Below, piece after piece: positions 32,589 through 57,444 of a DNA stretch of 64,000 bases (within the stretch, counting starts at the first letter, position 1; the number at the start of each line of letters is the position of its first letter). The stretch covers positions 3,935,572-3,999,571 of the forward strand of contig CAVNZM010000008.1 of NCBI GenBank assembly GCA_963693365.1, in the 5' to 3' direction. The stretch is from Amoebidium appalachense (taxonomy: Eukaryota > Protista > Ichthyosporea). Position numbers and translations under genes: made by a program. Below the pieces are notes generated by a model, which saw only the letters and a program-made list of their open reading frames with translations, did no database searches and had not been told where the DNA came from.

Positions 32589-32890
32589 AGCTGCACTTTT
32601 CTTCATTCACTCATTTGAAAATCTAAACATCTCTCTGAACTTTGTTAAAGGCAACTACTACTAACTTTATATGTTCCGCTTTCTGAGTGAAACATCAACA
32701 CGAAACGGTGCTAGTGAGTGAACTGACAATTTATTGTGAGATCCCTCATCTTTCAACTTCTGTATACATAGCCATATCATCAAGTAAAAGATTAATACAC
32801 CTTTTTGTTCCCAATAGCACAATTTACATAACACACTCGAAGATTTTTCAAGTTCAAGCTCTGTAACTGTTCCAGCAACGAATTATCAAC

Positions 32891-33784
32891 ATGACGTTCA
32901 ACAGTTCAAACACCCTCACAGACCCCACTTACACATACGCCTATGACAAGATCTCATGTCTACGTGGTGGCTATTTCGCCCACGTAACTTTCTGCTATTT
33001 CATCTTCCTGTCCGGTCTCGCCGCCTTCACCACACGCCTATTCCCCCGCTTTAAATGGCTTCATGTATGGGCTGGTCGCATGTATATTAACTCTATGCTG
33101 TGGGCAACTGGGACTTCTCTCATCATTCATAACTCCGGTCTTCCCGCAGCTACCCTCATCTCGTTCATCTGGGCTCTGGGTGGCATGTCCGTTGCCTGGT
33201 TTCTGATCAACCTCCACCAAATCTTCATGAACAGGCAGGCAGCATGGAACGTGCAAGAGGCTATTAAGCTGCACGGAATGGACAATGGAACCACCCTAGA
33301 AGAAATGTTGAATGCCGAAAAGGGGAGAATTGCTGAGTCGAAGTCGTTCCGCCAGAGGATGATCTCGCTCAAGGCTCTGCACGGGATTATCATGTTTGTG
33401 TCGTGGATGAACATTGCTGGGCGCATCTTTGCCTCCAATCAATCCGGAGACTTCACATGCCACACATACCCAGTGTACAAGCAGATTGACACGCCTGTTT
33501 TCCAAGGTGCCGGTAAGCCCTTGACTCTTGTCCCCTTGAACGATCCCCAGTATGCTGCTAAGCCCTGGGCCAAAACTGGGTTGGTGGGTTGGAGTGTTGC
33601 TCTAAGTGTGGGGCCTTTCCTCGCTGCAGCTCTCGTTGGTGCTGTGTTCTCTTATGTCGCGGCTAGGAGGCAGATGGCAAAGAAAAGGCTTGCAAATGAG
33701 ATGGGTAGCTTTGCTGATTCTGCGAAGGTTGGTAGTGATTCGAACCAGCCTGAGAAGGTTCGTGCAATTTCTGACTTGTCCTAA
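32891..33784 (+). CDS. Uncharacterised multi-pass membrane protein, 297 aa, intronless CDS
   Basis: Long ORF in complex sequence with about 5 hydrophobic segments. HVWAGRMY and LHG motifs are reminiscent of DUF2306/cytochrome-b-like TM proteins (inference). Confidence 0.75.
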   Translation: MTFNSSNTLTDPTYTYAYDKISCLRGGYFAHVTFCYFIFLSGLAAFTTRLFPRFKWLHVWAGRMYINSMLWATGTSLIIHNSGLPAATLISFIWALGGMSVAWFLINLHQIFMNRQAAWNVQEAIKLHGMDNGTTLEEMLNAEKGRIAESKSFRQRMISLKALHGIIMFVSWMNIAGRIFASNQSGDFTCHTYPVYKQIDTPVFQGAGKPLTLVPLNDPQYAAKPWAKTGLVGWSVALSVGPFLAAALVGAVFSYVAARRQMAKKRLANEMGSFADSAKVGSDSNQPEKVRAISDLS

Positions 33785-34267
33785 GCCCTTTCTGGTAGGT
33801 GGTAGCGTGATTACCAAAAAAGAAAAAAAAAGAAAAAAATGTAGCATTTTTCGTATCATCTCAATTTTATTTTATTTTGCCTCTAATATTTGTTAAGGTA
33901 CCTTAAGTAATAAATGTTGACTTTGCTATAGTGGGTACCAATAGACGTACCGGATAAGAAGTAGCATACGGCTGCTCTCTCTTTATTTCTAAAAAAAAAA
34001 ATAGCCTAGCTGGCATTAACATTTAGCTTCACTCCTGATATGGGGGTACTCCTATAAGTCCTTGTGAATGCACCCCTCGTACGCCATGTATAGATTATAT
34101 TATGATGCTGTATCCTCGAGAGTAAGGATACGGAATATGATTAGATTATTGACTGAGTTTCAAATTAATAAAGCTAAGAGCAACACTGTATGTTGCTTTT
34201 TTGCCTTGACAGCATGATTTATACATTCGCGCGCACATGTACAACCTGACACATGAACTACATACAT

Positions 34268-34322
<55 letters not shown>

Positions 34323-34536
34323 CACACTCACACTCACACACACTCACAAACAAGCACACATACACCCTCTGATTGTGTGAGATGGACACCCGGTACACCA
34401 ATTTGCTCTTTTTTTTTTGCATCACGTCTTGTTGTTTCTCTTGCCATCAACAAAAAAGTGTCCAAGCATCCATCTATGATAGATATGGCGACCAACACAC
34501 ACAAACACACACACAACCAACACACACATACACTGT

Positions 34537-34585
<49 letters not shown>

Positions 34586-34720
34586 CACGTGACAACCACC
34601 ACACACACACACACACACAACACACACACGTGCACACACACACACATACACGCTGGTACTAATAAACCTGCACCACCCAAAACCTCTTGCTACGAACTGC
34701 GCACAAAATTAATACGCAAA

Positions 34721-34797
<77 letters not shown>

Positions 34798-34891
34798 CTC
34801 TCTCTCTCTCTCTCTCTCTCCCCCCCTTCTCTCTCGGATGTTTCTCTCTTTCTCCCCCTTGTGTGTGTGTGTGAGTACGTGTGATCTCACC

Positions 34892-35420
<529 letters not shown>

Positions 35421-35957
35421 CCCCCCCCCCCCCCTCGTTTTTCTCTCCCCTCGTGCTTGTGTGTACCCATAATCTCGCTCTCTCTCTACCCCTCTTTCTC
35501 CCCCCCTCCCCCCACCCACCCACCCACCCCCCGGCACGGCCTCTCTCCCACTCTCTCTCCCTGACGTCTCTCTCTCCCGCCGTGTGTGTCTGCGTGTGTA
35601 CGTGTGTACGCCTGTGTACATTTGTGTACACGCGCAGTGTGTGCAACGGCCTGTGCGAGTATGTGTTAGCGAATCACAGAGTGTATCCAGCCAACAAGTT
35701 TGTGGAGCATTATGCATGTATCGCCTCTCCCACCCCGGGTGCACGAGTTGCCGGTTGTGTATGCTACGTGTACACATATGTTTGGTTTTCGTGCGTGATG
35801 AATACATAAATAGGTATGTGTGTGTGGGGTTGAGGGCACCTGGAGTTGAGGGCCATGTCGGCATTTAGCAGCGACGTCATTTCCACATCGATACAACGCT
35901 ACGTCAGTGACGTCAGAAAATACAGTTTGCTTTATGAAGCTATATATGTTTACGGTT

Positions 35958-36014
<57 letters not shown>

Positions 36015-36045
36015 CCCACCACCACCACCTACTGAGGCGGTGTCT

Positions 36046-36089
<44 letters not shown>

Positions 36090-36151
36090 AGAAGGGCCGC
36101 CTGAGTAGATGTTAAACGTCGCACGTGCGGCAACACGTCAGTACGTGTTAG

Positions 36152-36203
<52 letters not shown>

Positions 36204-36330
36204 CCCCTCCCTTTGGTGGGCCCAGGGCCTATTTTCGCTATCCGATTCATTTCACTCACAAACACTAGCATTCAAGCGCATACATGTGCATACAGACATA
36301 TCTGTGAAACAAGACCGTGTCACCTGCAGA

Positions 36331-36545
36331 CACACCCGCCCCTTCTCCCCTCCCCCCACCCCACCTTCATTCACACAACTTTGCCCAGCACAGCAGATTT
36401 CTCTTCTGCACCCGTGGCAGTTGGACGTCACACACCTGCACACAGACACAGACACAGTCACAGTCACAGTCACAGACACGGACACGGACACGGACACACA
36501 CACACACACACATACATACACACACACACACATACACACACACAC
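36331..36545. repeat. Dispersed duplicate of PRP38 intron 5 segment 46121-46345
   Basis: Near-identical sequence including CAGCAGATTTCTCTTCTGCACCCGTGGCAGTTGGACGTCACACACCTGCAC. Confidence 0.9.
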
Positions 36546-36931
36546 ACACATCACTTGGTTGTGTTCACATGACGACACATTCAATTACATCAAACATGAC
36601 GTATTCTTCTGCACGCACGCCAGCCACCCACCTTGACACATGTATTCTCTCTATCCTCCCCCCCCCCTCTTCCCCCACCCCCAAGTGTAGCCAACCACCG
36701 TGGCACCATGCCTCTCACTCCAAAACGAAGAGCAGTGTCACAAAATTCTCACATTTTATTGCGGATCATAGCATAAGATACTCCAAAGTTGAATTTGTTC
36801 TAAGTTATCCATGCCACTGGCAGCCTTCAAGTTTTGTAATTCACAATAATTTTTTATGTACATACTCGAACCCCCCCCCCCCCCCCCCCCCTCCCCTTCT
36901 CCCTAGGCCCCTGCCCCAGCACCGGAGGGGC

Positions 36932-36966
<35 letters not shown>

Positions 36967-37253
36967 ACCGCAACTTGCAATCGCCCTGTGGCTAGAGTAC
37001 GATGAGGAAAAGAGGAGGAGGAGGAGGAGGAGGAGGAGGAGGAGGGGGAAAGAGGGGGGGGGGGGGGGGGGGGGAGAGAGAGAGGATACGACAAAATCAC
37101 GTCTAGATCTAGCCAGCTTTTATGGTGAGAGGGTGCGGTACTGTGTATTCACCATCCATGCGACCACACCCTGGTTAGTCCCCTGTGTGTGCGCCTATAC
37201 ATATGTTTGCATTAATAAGGTCTAGTGTCTAAGCAATCCCTCGATGTTCCTCT

Positions 37254-38780
37254 TTAGGTGCAGTCAGAGAGCTTCTCCCCCGTGTGTGCGCATATGCCTA
37301 AAAAGAGCACCACTTTGAGTAAACTTCTTGGTGCAGCAGGGTGTTCACACTTGTACGGCTTCTCTCCGGTGTGTGTGCGCATATGCTCCGTAAGTGTTGA
37401 TTTCCGTGCAAACCGTTTGGTGCAACCAGCATGGGTGCAAGTGTGTGGCTGCTCCCCTGTGTGTGTGCACATATGCGTATCAAGAGTACCTTTTTGGGTA
37501 AACGTCTTTGAGCAGCCGGGGTGTTTACATGTGTACGGCCTCTCTCCTGTGTGTGTACGCATGTGCACCACATGGTTACTTTTGTCGGCAAACCTCTTTG
37601 AGCAGTCCGAAATTCACACTTGTACGGCCTCTCTCCCGTGTGTGTGCGTCCATGTGTGTGTATGCATGTGCACCAAATGGCTAGTGTTCTTAACAAACGT
37701 CTTTGAGCAGCCGGGGTGTTTATATGTGTACGGCCTCTCTCCTGTGTGTGTACGCATATGCACCACATGGTTACTTCTGTCGGCAAACCTCTTTAAGCAG
37801 CCCGGAAATTCACACGTGTACGGCTTCTCTCCCGTGTGTGTGCGTACATGTTGGCTCAGTTTGCCCCTAGTGGCAAAGGTAGCCCCACAACCGGGGTCGG
37901 GGCACGAATAAGGCCTCTCCCCTGTGTGTGCGCAGGTGCACTGTTATGGGGTCATGTCGTGCAAAAGACCAGCTGCAACCATTATATGGGCACTTGAATT
38001 TTATCTCCTTCGTGTGTGTATGGATGTGCCTTTGTTGTGCGCCTATTTGGCTAAACCGTTCACCGCAACCCTCGTGTTCACAAACATGGGGCCTCTCTCC
38101 TGTGTGTGTGCGAAAATGGAGTCTCAGCTGAACCCTTTGCACGAAACTTGCACCACACCCAGGCTCAGAACACACATATGGCCTTTCTCCCGTATGGGTT
38201 CGAATGTGAGCGAGCAGGTTGCTGCGATTGTTAGAGGTGTATTCGCAGTACTTGCACACCAGATTGCTCCGTGCCTTTTCCCCCCTGTCCACATACATCA
38301 CCTCCCTTCCCTCTTCATCTTCGTCGCTTTCTCGCTTAGCCCGATTTTCGTCTGTTTCGTTCGCACGTGTCCTCCGCGTGCTTGTTTTCCCTACCGTCGT
38401 CACTCCCTTCGTCCCAGAGTTTCATCCTCATCCTCTCCTGCGTGTGTTTTTCCCTTTCTGCTTTGTGTTGGTTCTGTGGCCGGTGGCTGTTTATTTGCTG
38501 TGTCGTGTCGTGGTATGCCCAGGCGGCGGCTGAGTGGCTCCTCAGCCGGCCGCTTGCCGCTCGAAAGCACTGCCTCTCTGTCATCCGTGTGCAGCCCCGC
38601 CTCCTCCTTTACCCCCGCCTCTTCCTCCACCCCCGCCTCCTCCTCCAACCCCACCTCTTCCTCCACCCCCGCCTCTTCCGTCACCCCCGCCTCTTCCTTC
38701 ACCATCACCTCATCCCTCGCCCGGGGCCGTGCCTGCCCGCTGCACGTCACCTACCTTGTTCGGGTAGTTGGGGGAGTCAT
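37254..38780 (-). pseudogene. Intronless multi-C2H2 zinc-finger gene (about 12 fingers, HTGE(R/K)P linkers) broken by frameshifts and a stop
   Basis: Repeated C-x2-4-C...H-x3-H-TGERPY units are spread over three frames. There is an in-frame TAG 10 codons after ATG 38780, frameshifts near 38405, 37925, 37650, 37610 and 37340, and an N-terminal 18-bp tandem repeat (EEAGV) at 38595-38700. Confidence 0.8.
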
Positions 38781-38902
38781 CTTTAATTTTTGGGTCGGGC
38801 AACAATAGATGGCGTGTCAAGGGTGTGGAGAAAAAACCAAAACAGACGACAGTTTTTTTTTGGCGCTAGTCTAAAGACTCTAAACTCTAGAGCTTGATTG
38901 AC

Positions 38903-38936
38903 TTCGATTCCTGCATTGAGAAATGCAGGAATCGAA
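38903..38936. other. Perfect hairpin/palindrome with 15-bp arms
   Basis: TTCGATTCCTGCATT-GAGA-AATGCAGGAATCGAA, upstream of the zinc-finger locus. Confidence 0.85.
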
Positions 38937-39129
38937 CTCTTGGTGACGTCATCGCTAGGGTCTAAAACCTCGGGTGTACAGGCAGTTTTTGGAAATTAAT
39001 TAGGGGGAAACGGGGAGGAGGAAAGAGGACTGTGGACGTTAGAGGGAAGTGCCTCCGTTGGGGCATATGCACACACACACACACACTCAGTGTCGCATAT
39101 GCGCACGAGCACACATACGTGCACACACA

Positions 39130-39160
<31 letters not shown>

Positions 39161-39671
39161 GCACACACACACACACTGTCACACACGTGTGTACACACGT
39201 GGCACCGGGCTGGGCGGGAGGGGGGGGGGGGGGGGGGGGGGGGGGAGGGGGGGGGGGGGGAGGGGGGATAGTGCCGTGAGCATGCATAAGCCCAAGCGCG
39301 CGGATGACTGTATACGTTTTATACATGTGCACGTGCGCACTCATCTCTGTCGACCGTACATACGTATACCTTAGGCACCTCTCTGAAGGTTTCTAAAAAT
39401 CCTTAACGGGCCATTTCCGGGAATTCCTTAGCGATTAAACCTCAGACATCTGCAGGCGCTGAGCAGTGTCTGATTAAGCACGCCGTGGCGCGCGCGGTGC
39501 CTGTGTGTCTGTACACGTGTGTGCTTGTGTGCTTGTGTGTGTGTGTGTGTGTGTGTGCGTGTGTGTGTGAGTGTGTGGCACACCAACACATGTACACGTG
39601 CACACCGTGACACATGGTATGCGCGCGTGCGCGAACACCCCCCCCTCCCCTCGCACGCACGCACGCACACA

Positions 39672-39711
<40 letters not shown>

Positions 39712-40026
39712 TGCACGCACGCACACGCACGCACGCACGCACGCACACGCACACGCACAGCGCGTAGCATTATTATAAAGAAGCACCGCACAGTTAACAA
39801 CAAATAATGTTTTAGACATAACTATATGGCTGACACGCTCAACCGTTAGCACAGTATGCGTAAACACGGAGAGGATGAGCCTCACCACATGTACATACCG
39901 TCACCATCTTCATACTTTTACTTTTATTTCTTTTCATAACTTCAGAGACATCGAAGTACATATTCACGTACAGTATTTTTTCAAATGGGTGCACCATCGC
40001 ACGAAATAGTCGAGTCGAGTCACCAT

Positions 40027-40064
<38 letters not shown>

Positions 40065-40114
40065 AAGTTCATTTCATTTAGAAAGTAACACATCATGAAA
40101 TTCATGGCTCCCCC

Positions 40115-40157
<43 letters not shown>

Positions 40158-40374
40158 GCCCCCCCAGGACCAAAAAGAAAAACCCACTCCACCCATTCAG
40201 AACCCTCCGGTTGAATCCCCAAAGGACGGCTCCATGCAACCGTTGAAAATCAGAAGTAATGGCAGGGTAGTGGGGAGATAGAATAACACTACACCTGAAA
40301 TTTCAAATTCGAAGCAGGAACATAATCACTGCACCTGATTTTTCGATGGCGTTTTACCCACCCTCCCCCCCCCT

Positions 40375-40405
<31 letters not shown>

Positions 40406-40467
40406 AAAACAACAACAACAACCCCCCCCCCCCCCCCCAAAAAAAAAAAAAAAAAAAAAAACAACCA

Positions 40468-40498
<31 letters not shown>

Positions 40499-40518
40499 AA
40501 AAAAAAAAAAAAACAACC

Positions 40519-40561
<43 letters not shown>

Positions 40562-41035
40562 AAAAAAAAAAAAAACAACCACCACCACCACCACCACCAC
40601 CACCACCACCCACACCCACACCCACCCGTACACAACGCCAATTTAGAAGGACTACTAGAATTTTGAAAGGAAATCACAAGCAAGCTTGTGGTCATCTCTC
40701 AGCAAACTTACGCATGAGATAAACTGTAAAATGTATGTCTTCCATGCTAACAGAACAACGTGAAGGATCACTTTTGCCAGTGAGCAAAAATAAATCAAGC
40801 CAAGTACAAAGGGATCGACGTTAAGTGAAAGATAAAGGAAAGGAACACAGCAAACAAGAAAGGGTGAGATTAGCATGGAAGGGAAGAGAAGGGCAACAAC
40901 AACAACAACAAAAAAAAAAAAAAAAAAAAAAAAAAAAGCGTAACAGGAAACAGGGGACGGAAAGGGGGGCAGCACAATAACTCAAAAGCTTTGTATCCTT
41001 GTTTTTCGAGCAAGGTACTTGTGTCGAAGGTGCTC

Positions 41036-52312
<11,277 letters not shown>

Positions 52313-52850
52313 CTCCGTCTGCTCTCAATTCGCTGCCCTATACCTATATATAAGTATATGTGAACACACCTAACGAAAGCTCACAACCCACCTACAAAAC
52401 ATCTGAAAAAATAACGTATAACCACACACACAGCTGACACTTTTTTCGGATTTTTTGCGGCGAGACTTTTCCTGAGGCTACGGATTCACAGGGTTATGAA
52501 TCCACTTTCAAGTTTCTAGCCCTTTGCTTGCGCAAGAATTATCAAGCTGGTAATCTATCGTCCAATCACCTGTGCGATCCTAAAAAGAGCCAATCAGTGA
52601 TGGGTGCGTCGTCATACGTCACTGGACACACACAAGTGCACGGCACGGACGGCATGTGCACACGTGTTTCAGCTGCAGTGTCGTTTCAACTGAATAATTC
52701 TCATGTTTATAAAGTTTACGATTGGAATACATACCCCACTTTACTCCAGGCCGGGAACTAGCACTTTTGAAAACCTTATGTTTAACGTAAATTGCTACAT
52801 ATTGGTGCTATCTAGTTTTTTCTGATCGTCCGTCTACCCGAGGTTTGCTG
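52313..52850. promoter_or_regulatory. Probable bidirectional promoter between divergent PRP38 and SUA5
   Basis: About 540 bp of microsatellite-free spacer between head-to-head ATGs; CCAAT at about 52562 and 52590, and ACGTCA motif at about 52616. Confidence 0.55.
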
Positions 52851-54200
52851 ATGGTTTCGCTGCACTTTTCAAAACGGATGGCGGTGCATATTAGGCCGCA
52901 CGCATCCATCTTCTTAAAGCACGCCAAATTCCTGTCTACATTCGCCAGCATGGGTGAACAGCGTGTTCCTCTCCCCACAGGGCCATCTGCACACACAACA
53001 TCGTTCTCGCCCTCACCCTCACTCTTCCCCACACCAAAAAACACACAAATCCTCTCCATTCCATCTGAAACACTTCACTTCGACAGCACCAACCCGTGGT
53101 GGGAGATTGAAGATGCTTCATTTCGCTGTTTGACCGTTTCGACCAAGGAGAGCTTACACGCCTTAAACGAAGCCACACGCTTTTTAGTTAAAGAAGATGC
53201 CCCTGTAGCTGTACCTACTGAAACGGTATACGGACTTTCCGCAAACGCGCTCTCCGCAACCGCCGTCAAGAAAATATACGCTGCAAAAGAGCGACCAGGG
53301 GACAACCCTCTCATCGTCCACATAGCATCTCTAGCCATGTTAAAGAAGCTCGTTACTCACATTCCGGACAACTACTGGCCGCTGTTAAAGAAACACTGGC
53401 CCGGCCCACTAACTGTTCTTCTACCCGTCAATCCGGATATTGTTCCTGTGGAGGTTACGTGCGGACTGCCTACAGTTGCCGTTAGATTTCCTTCCCATCC
53501 GGTCATGCGCGCACTCATTTTACACTCGGATTGCCCCCTTGCGGCACCATCTGCAAACAGGAGCGGGCGCCCATCACCCACTCTAGCATCACATGTTTTC
53601 AACGATCTAAATGGGAGAATTCCGTTAATTTTGGACTGCCACACACCGTGTGAGGTAGGGCTGGAAAGCACGGTTGTGGACGGGATCATGAACCCACCGT
53701 GTGTCCTACGGCCAGGAGGGGTCACGGTGGAGCAGTTGAGGCACGTTGCTGGGTTTGAAAACATTCGGGTTTACCAAAAGGATTTCACGGATAAATCACT
53801 GGAGGAAGTTCCTACCACTCCAGGTATGAAGTACCGACACTATTCACCCACGGCACAAGTAGTTTTGTTTGACGGAGGTAATCCGGAGCAGAAAGTAAGG
53901 AACATGCACGAATGGTTACAACAGAGACAAGACGAACTTACAGATGTGAATGTGTGCATGTTGCGCCGGGGGAAAATGAGCGATTCTAGAGAGAGCAAGG
54001 GAAACGATGGTGTTCTGGTGAGGTGGATGGGTGAGACGGATGAGGAGGTAGGGCATCAGTTGTTTGCAGCGTTGAGGGAGATGGATGAAAGGAAGGTGGA
54101 CGTGGTGTTGGTGGAGGGGGTGGGGGATCGCGGCGCGGGGCTGGCGGTGATGAACAGGCTGAGGAAGGCGGCTAGTTCGGTGGTGTACGTGGATAACTAA
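52851..54200 (+). CDS. SUA5: Threonylcarbamoyl-AMP synthase (YrdC domain plus SUA5 C-terminal domain), intronless
   Basis: Motifs VAVPTETVYGL, KERPGDNPLIVH, WPGPLT, APSANRSGRPSPT, VGLESTVVD, LRPGG, PGMKYRHYSP and AVMNRLRKAA. Confidence 0.95.
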   Translation: MVSLHFSKRMAVHIRPHASIFLKHAKFLSTFASMGEQRVPLPTGPSAHTTSFSPSPSLFPTPKNTQILSIPSETLHFDSTNPWWEIEDASFRCLTVSTKESLHALNEATRFLVKEDAPVAVPTETVYGLSANALSATAVKKIYAAKERPGDNPLIVHIASLAMLKKLVTHIPDNYWPLLKKHWPGPLTVLLPVNPDIVPVEVTCGLPTVAVRFPSHPVMRALILHSDCPLAAPSANRSGRPSPTLASHVFNDLNGRIPLILDCHTPCEVGLESTVVDGIMNPPCVLRPGGVTVEQLRHVAGFENIRVYQKDFTDKSLEEVPTTPGMKYRHYSPTAQVVLFDGGNPEQKVRNMHEWLQQRQDELTDVNVCMLRRGKMSDSRESKGNDGVLVRWMGETDEEVGHQLFAALREMDERKVDVVLVEGVGDRGAGLAVMNRLRKAASSVVYVDN

Positions 54201-57130
54201 GGTGGTGTGGGGCTGTGTGTACTGTTGGTGCGTGATTGAAGGAGCTGTGATCGTGGCGAGGGGTACGCACGTAGTGGGGTTGTACGGAATATGTAGACTA
54301 AAAAGTATATAATACACATGATCTTTAAATTAGCAATAAGCAAATAAATGGATCCGATGATGTAAATAATATGTGCATGCTTTCTCTTTGAGATAATGGT
54401 GTGAAAGCAGGCCAGCTATTCCCCCTCTTTTTTTTTCCATATGGTTTTTTTGAATGAAGAGTATAGTTATTGCCGAACAACCTGTATGGTCAATAAACCA
54501 TCTTTTGAATGCTACATAGGTTGAGCTTATCAACTGAATCATGTATCACTGAATGCAATAAAGCTTATATTCAAGATAACAGTTGAGAACAGCATGTATG
54601 GCTTGGTAACACGTGTTCGTGTTCGTTTTATTCACCAACATTCCGTCACCTTCGAAGAAAGGATAGCCAAAAAATGTTCAAGCAGAAGAACGGTTGCCCC
54701 CCCCCCCCCCCCCCCCCTTCCACCCCTTCGTGACCCTTTTAGGTGTCGACTGTCTCTGAGGCTTGCCCTTCCCTATCTGGTGACAGGCCCCCCTCTTTCT
54801 TTGTCACTCTTCACCTCCCCCCCCCCCCCCCCCCTCCCCTGCATGCTTCCCACCTCCTTTGCCTACAGGGGGCCTGCATAGATGCAAGCTTTGAAACACT
54901 CGTGTGGGGTGACCGTCACTATATTAAATTTCATTGGTGCTACGCCGTCCTGGGTTATCTATGTTTCTGTTTGGTGTCCTTTGCCCCATGGCCACCCCCC
55001 TTTCCCGTCACCCCCCAACCCCAATGATTATTTTACCCCCGACCTACACCCATTTGCACCCACCCACCCACCGACCAACCCAAAAATGATATGCATACTT
55101 AAGATCTTCTGTAGGTGCATTTCTTTCTTTGTTTCTTCTTCTCTCTCTCTCTCTCTCTCTTTTGCCCGGAATCCCTTTTCCTCCTCCCTCCTTCCCCCCC
55201 CCCCCCCCCCCCCCCCCCCACAACACACACACACACACACACGTACACACACACCCCATCCGGCGCTGAAACAGTGGCACGCATGCAGGGAATCACTGTC
55301 ACTTGAGATTGATACACACAAACTAGCAAGTAGGCTGAAGCGGGTGCCTTGTTTCCATTGTAATGACAGATATTATATACATGCATGTCTCATAATTTGT
55401 ACACATATAGATGTAAGAAAGAGAAAGAAATGGAAGCCACATGCAGAGAAATTAACAGCTGAAGACGGGGAGGTGAGGGGGGGGGGGGGGGGGGGAGGGG
55501 GGGGGGGGGGGGGTAGTGCACGCTTGAAAGCTTAAGAGACAGAAGAGAGAGAGAAACGGGGAAAGAGAGAGGGAAGCATTGGAGATCTCGAAACCGTTAA
55601 AAAGGTGACCTAGGGGGAGAGAAGAAGGCGATGGCGGCTAATAAATCTGACGGACAAGAGTAATTTTTAAAAGCCGTTGGAGAAAAAGAAACAATTAGAG
55701 CTTTACATGAAGAAAAAAGCAGCTGCCATGCATGCTCAAGGTCGAATAAGTGTATACATGTATGTGCTTGCAGCATTAATCAGTATTCTTGGTAATTACA
55801 ACCCTTGCGCCGGGATCGGGGCGGGGCCCCGCGCGGGCGAGCGGGCAGGCGCCGGGGGGGGAAGGGGGGGGGGGGGGGGGGGAGCGAGGACAACTGGATC
55901 CAAGGTGCACGTGATATATTTTCATTTGTGAAGACTTCCTCCTGAAGGCATGGGGCAACTAGTACTCAGCATAACCTTAACACAGGCATATGGACCAATT
56001 CTCATGGACACATTTCTGCTCCAAACCCCCCATCGTTGACATAATTTTGCTTCAAAACCCCCTTCGTTCCACGCCCCGAGCTTCAGACATTGCATGCAAG
56101 GGCAGTGTAGAGCCGGAGCCGCGGAGGTGCGCGCAACCACGCACGGATGTGTGTGTAATGGGTTGGGGTTTGGCGAGTATACATTAAGTTTGCTTGTACA
56201 CGTGTGCACGGGAAGGGAGGAGGGGAAGGGGGGGGGGGGGGGGGGGGGAGGGGGGGGGGGGGGGAGGAGGAGGGGTTGGACGTGTGAACCCCAAGGTGTT
56301 GGTGGGCACATGTGAGTGGATGCGTATGTGTTGTGCATGGCATGTGTGTGCAAGGTGTCCGTGCATGTGCGACGGTCATGTGAGTGTGTGTGTGTGTGTG
56401 TGTGTGTCACGTTGTGTGAGTGAGTACACACTGTAAACATGGTTGTGTATATTGTCGGACAGACTACGGGAGTCGCGCCCTGTAGTTAGTCGCGCTTACT
56501 GACCAATCAAAATGGTTGGTCGGGAAGCAGCGGCGTTGTCCCAGAATCGCACGGCGAACTGTAGCTATAAAAGGTGGCAGTGTCAGCCAGATCCAATCAG
56601 TTGGGAACATGCCTGGACTCGAATCGATGAGTGCCGAGGATAAGATCCCATCTCAAGATTGATCAGATCCCATACTGTAAATGCAATCTGCGCTGCCGCT
56701 ATGATACACAACCAAATTTACAACACGTGTGCGAGTGATCACTTTGGTGGTGGTGGGTGCACGTGGTGGTGGGTGGTGGTGGTGGGGAGAGGGGGGGGGG
56801 GGGGGGGGGAGGGGGGGGGGCACCAGGACAAGTGCGTTCAATTTTTCATTCAGCGATTCGGTGCATATTTATAACAGGTCTATAGACCACTAAAAATATA
56901 TAGGCATTGGCTGAAGCCCCATGTCAATCTTTTTCAAAAGATTCCTTGCATGCCGCATGCATTCCAAGATGTGTATACCATTGGTGTACAAAAGCCAGTA
57001 TGAAAACAAACATCACCTAACCACAACACAGCAACCTAAATACGTTCATTTTATGTGTCTGGAAAGACGATAGATTTTTCTTGGGTGTGTGTGTATTTGT
57101 GTGTGTGTGTGTGTGTGCGCGCGTGCGTGC

Positions 57131-57179
<49 letters not shown>

Positions 57180-57388
57180 TGGGGGTGGGGTGGGGGGGTG
57201 GGGGGGAACAGGTGAGGAGTAACAGAGGTGCTGGTAGTGGTGGTTGGAAGGTGTGAGGGGAGGGGGGCAGCGGAGGGGAGAAAGGGTCGGATAAGCGAGC
57301 TGGCAGGCAAGAGAGTGCACCTGTATATGTGCGCCTGTGCTCAATGTAAAGAGGTCACATGGGATATGTGTGTATGTGTGTCTGTACA

Positions 57389-57444
<56 letters not shown>

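Noticed and set aside
38901-38912. TTCGATTCC as a tRNA T-loop or B box
   Set aside because: No cloverleaf or A box; it is one arm of a palindrome.
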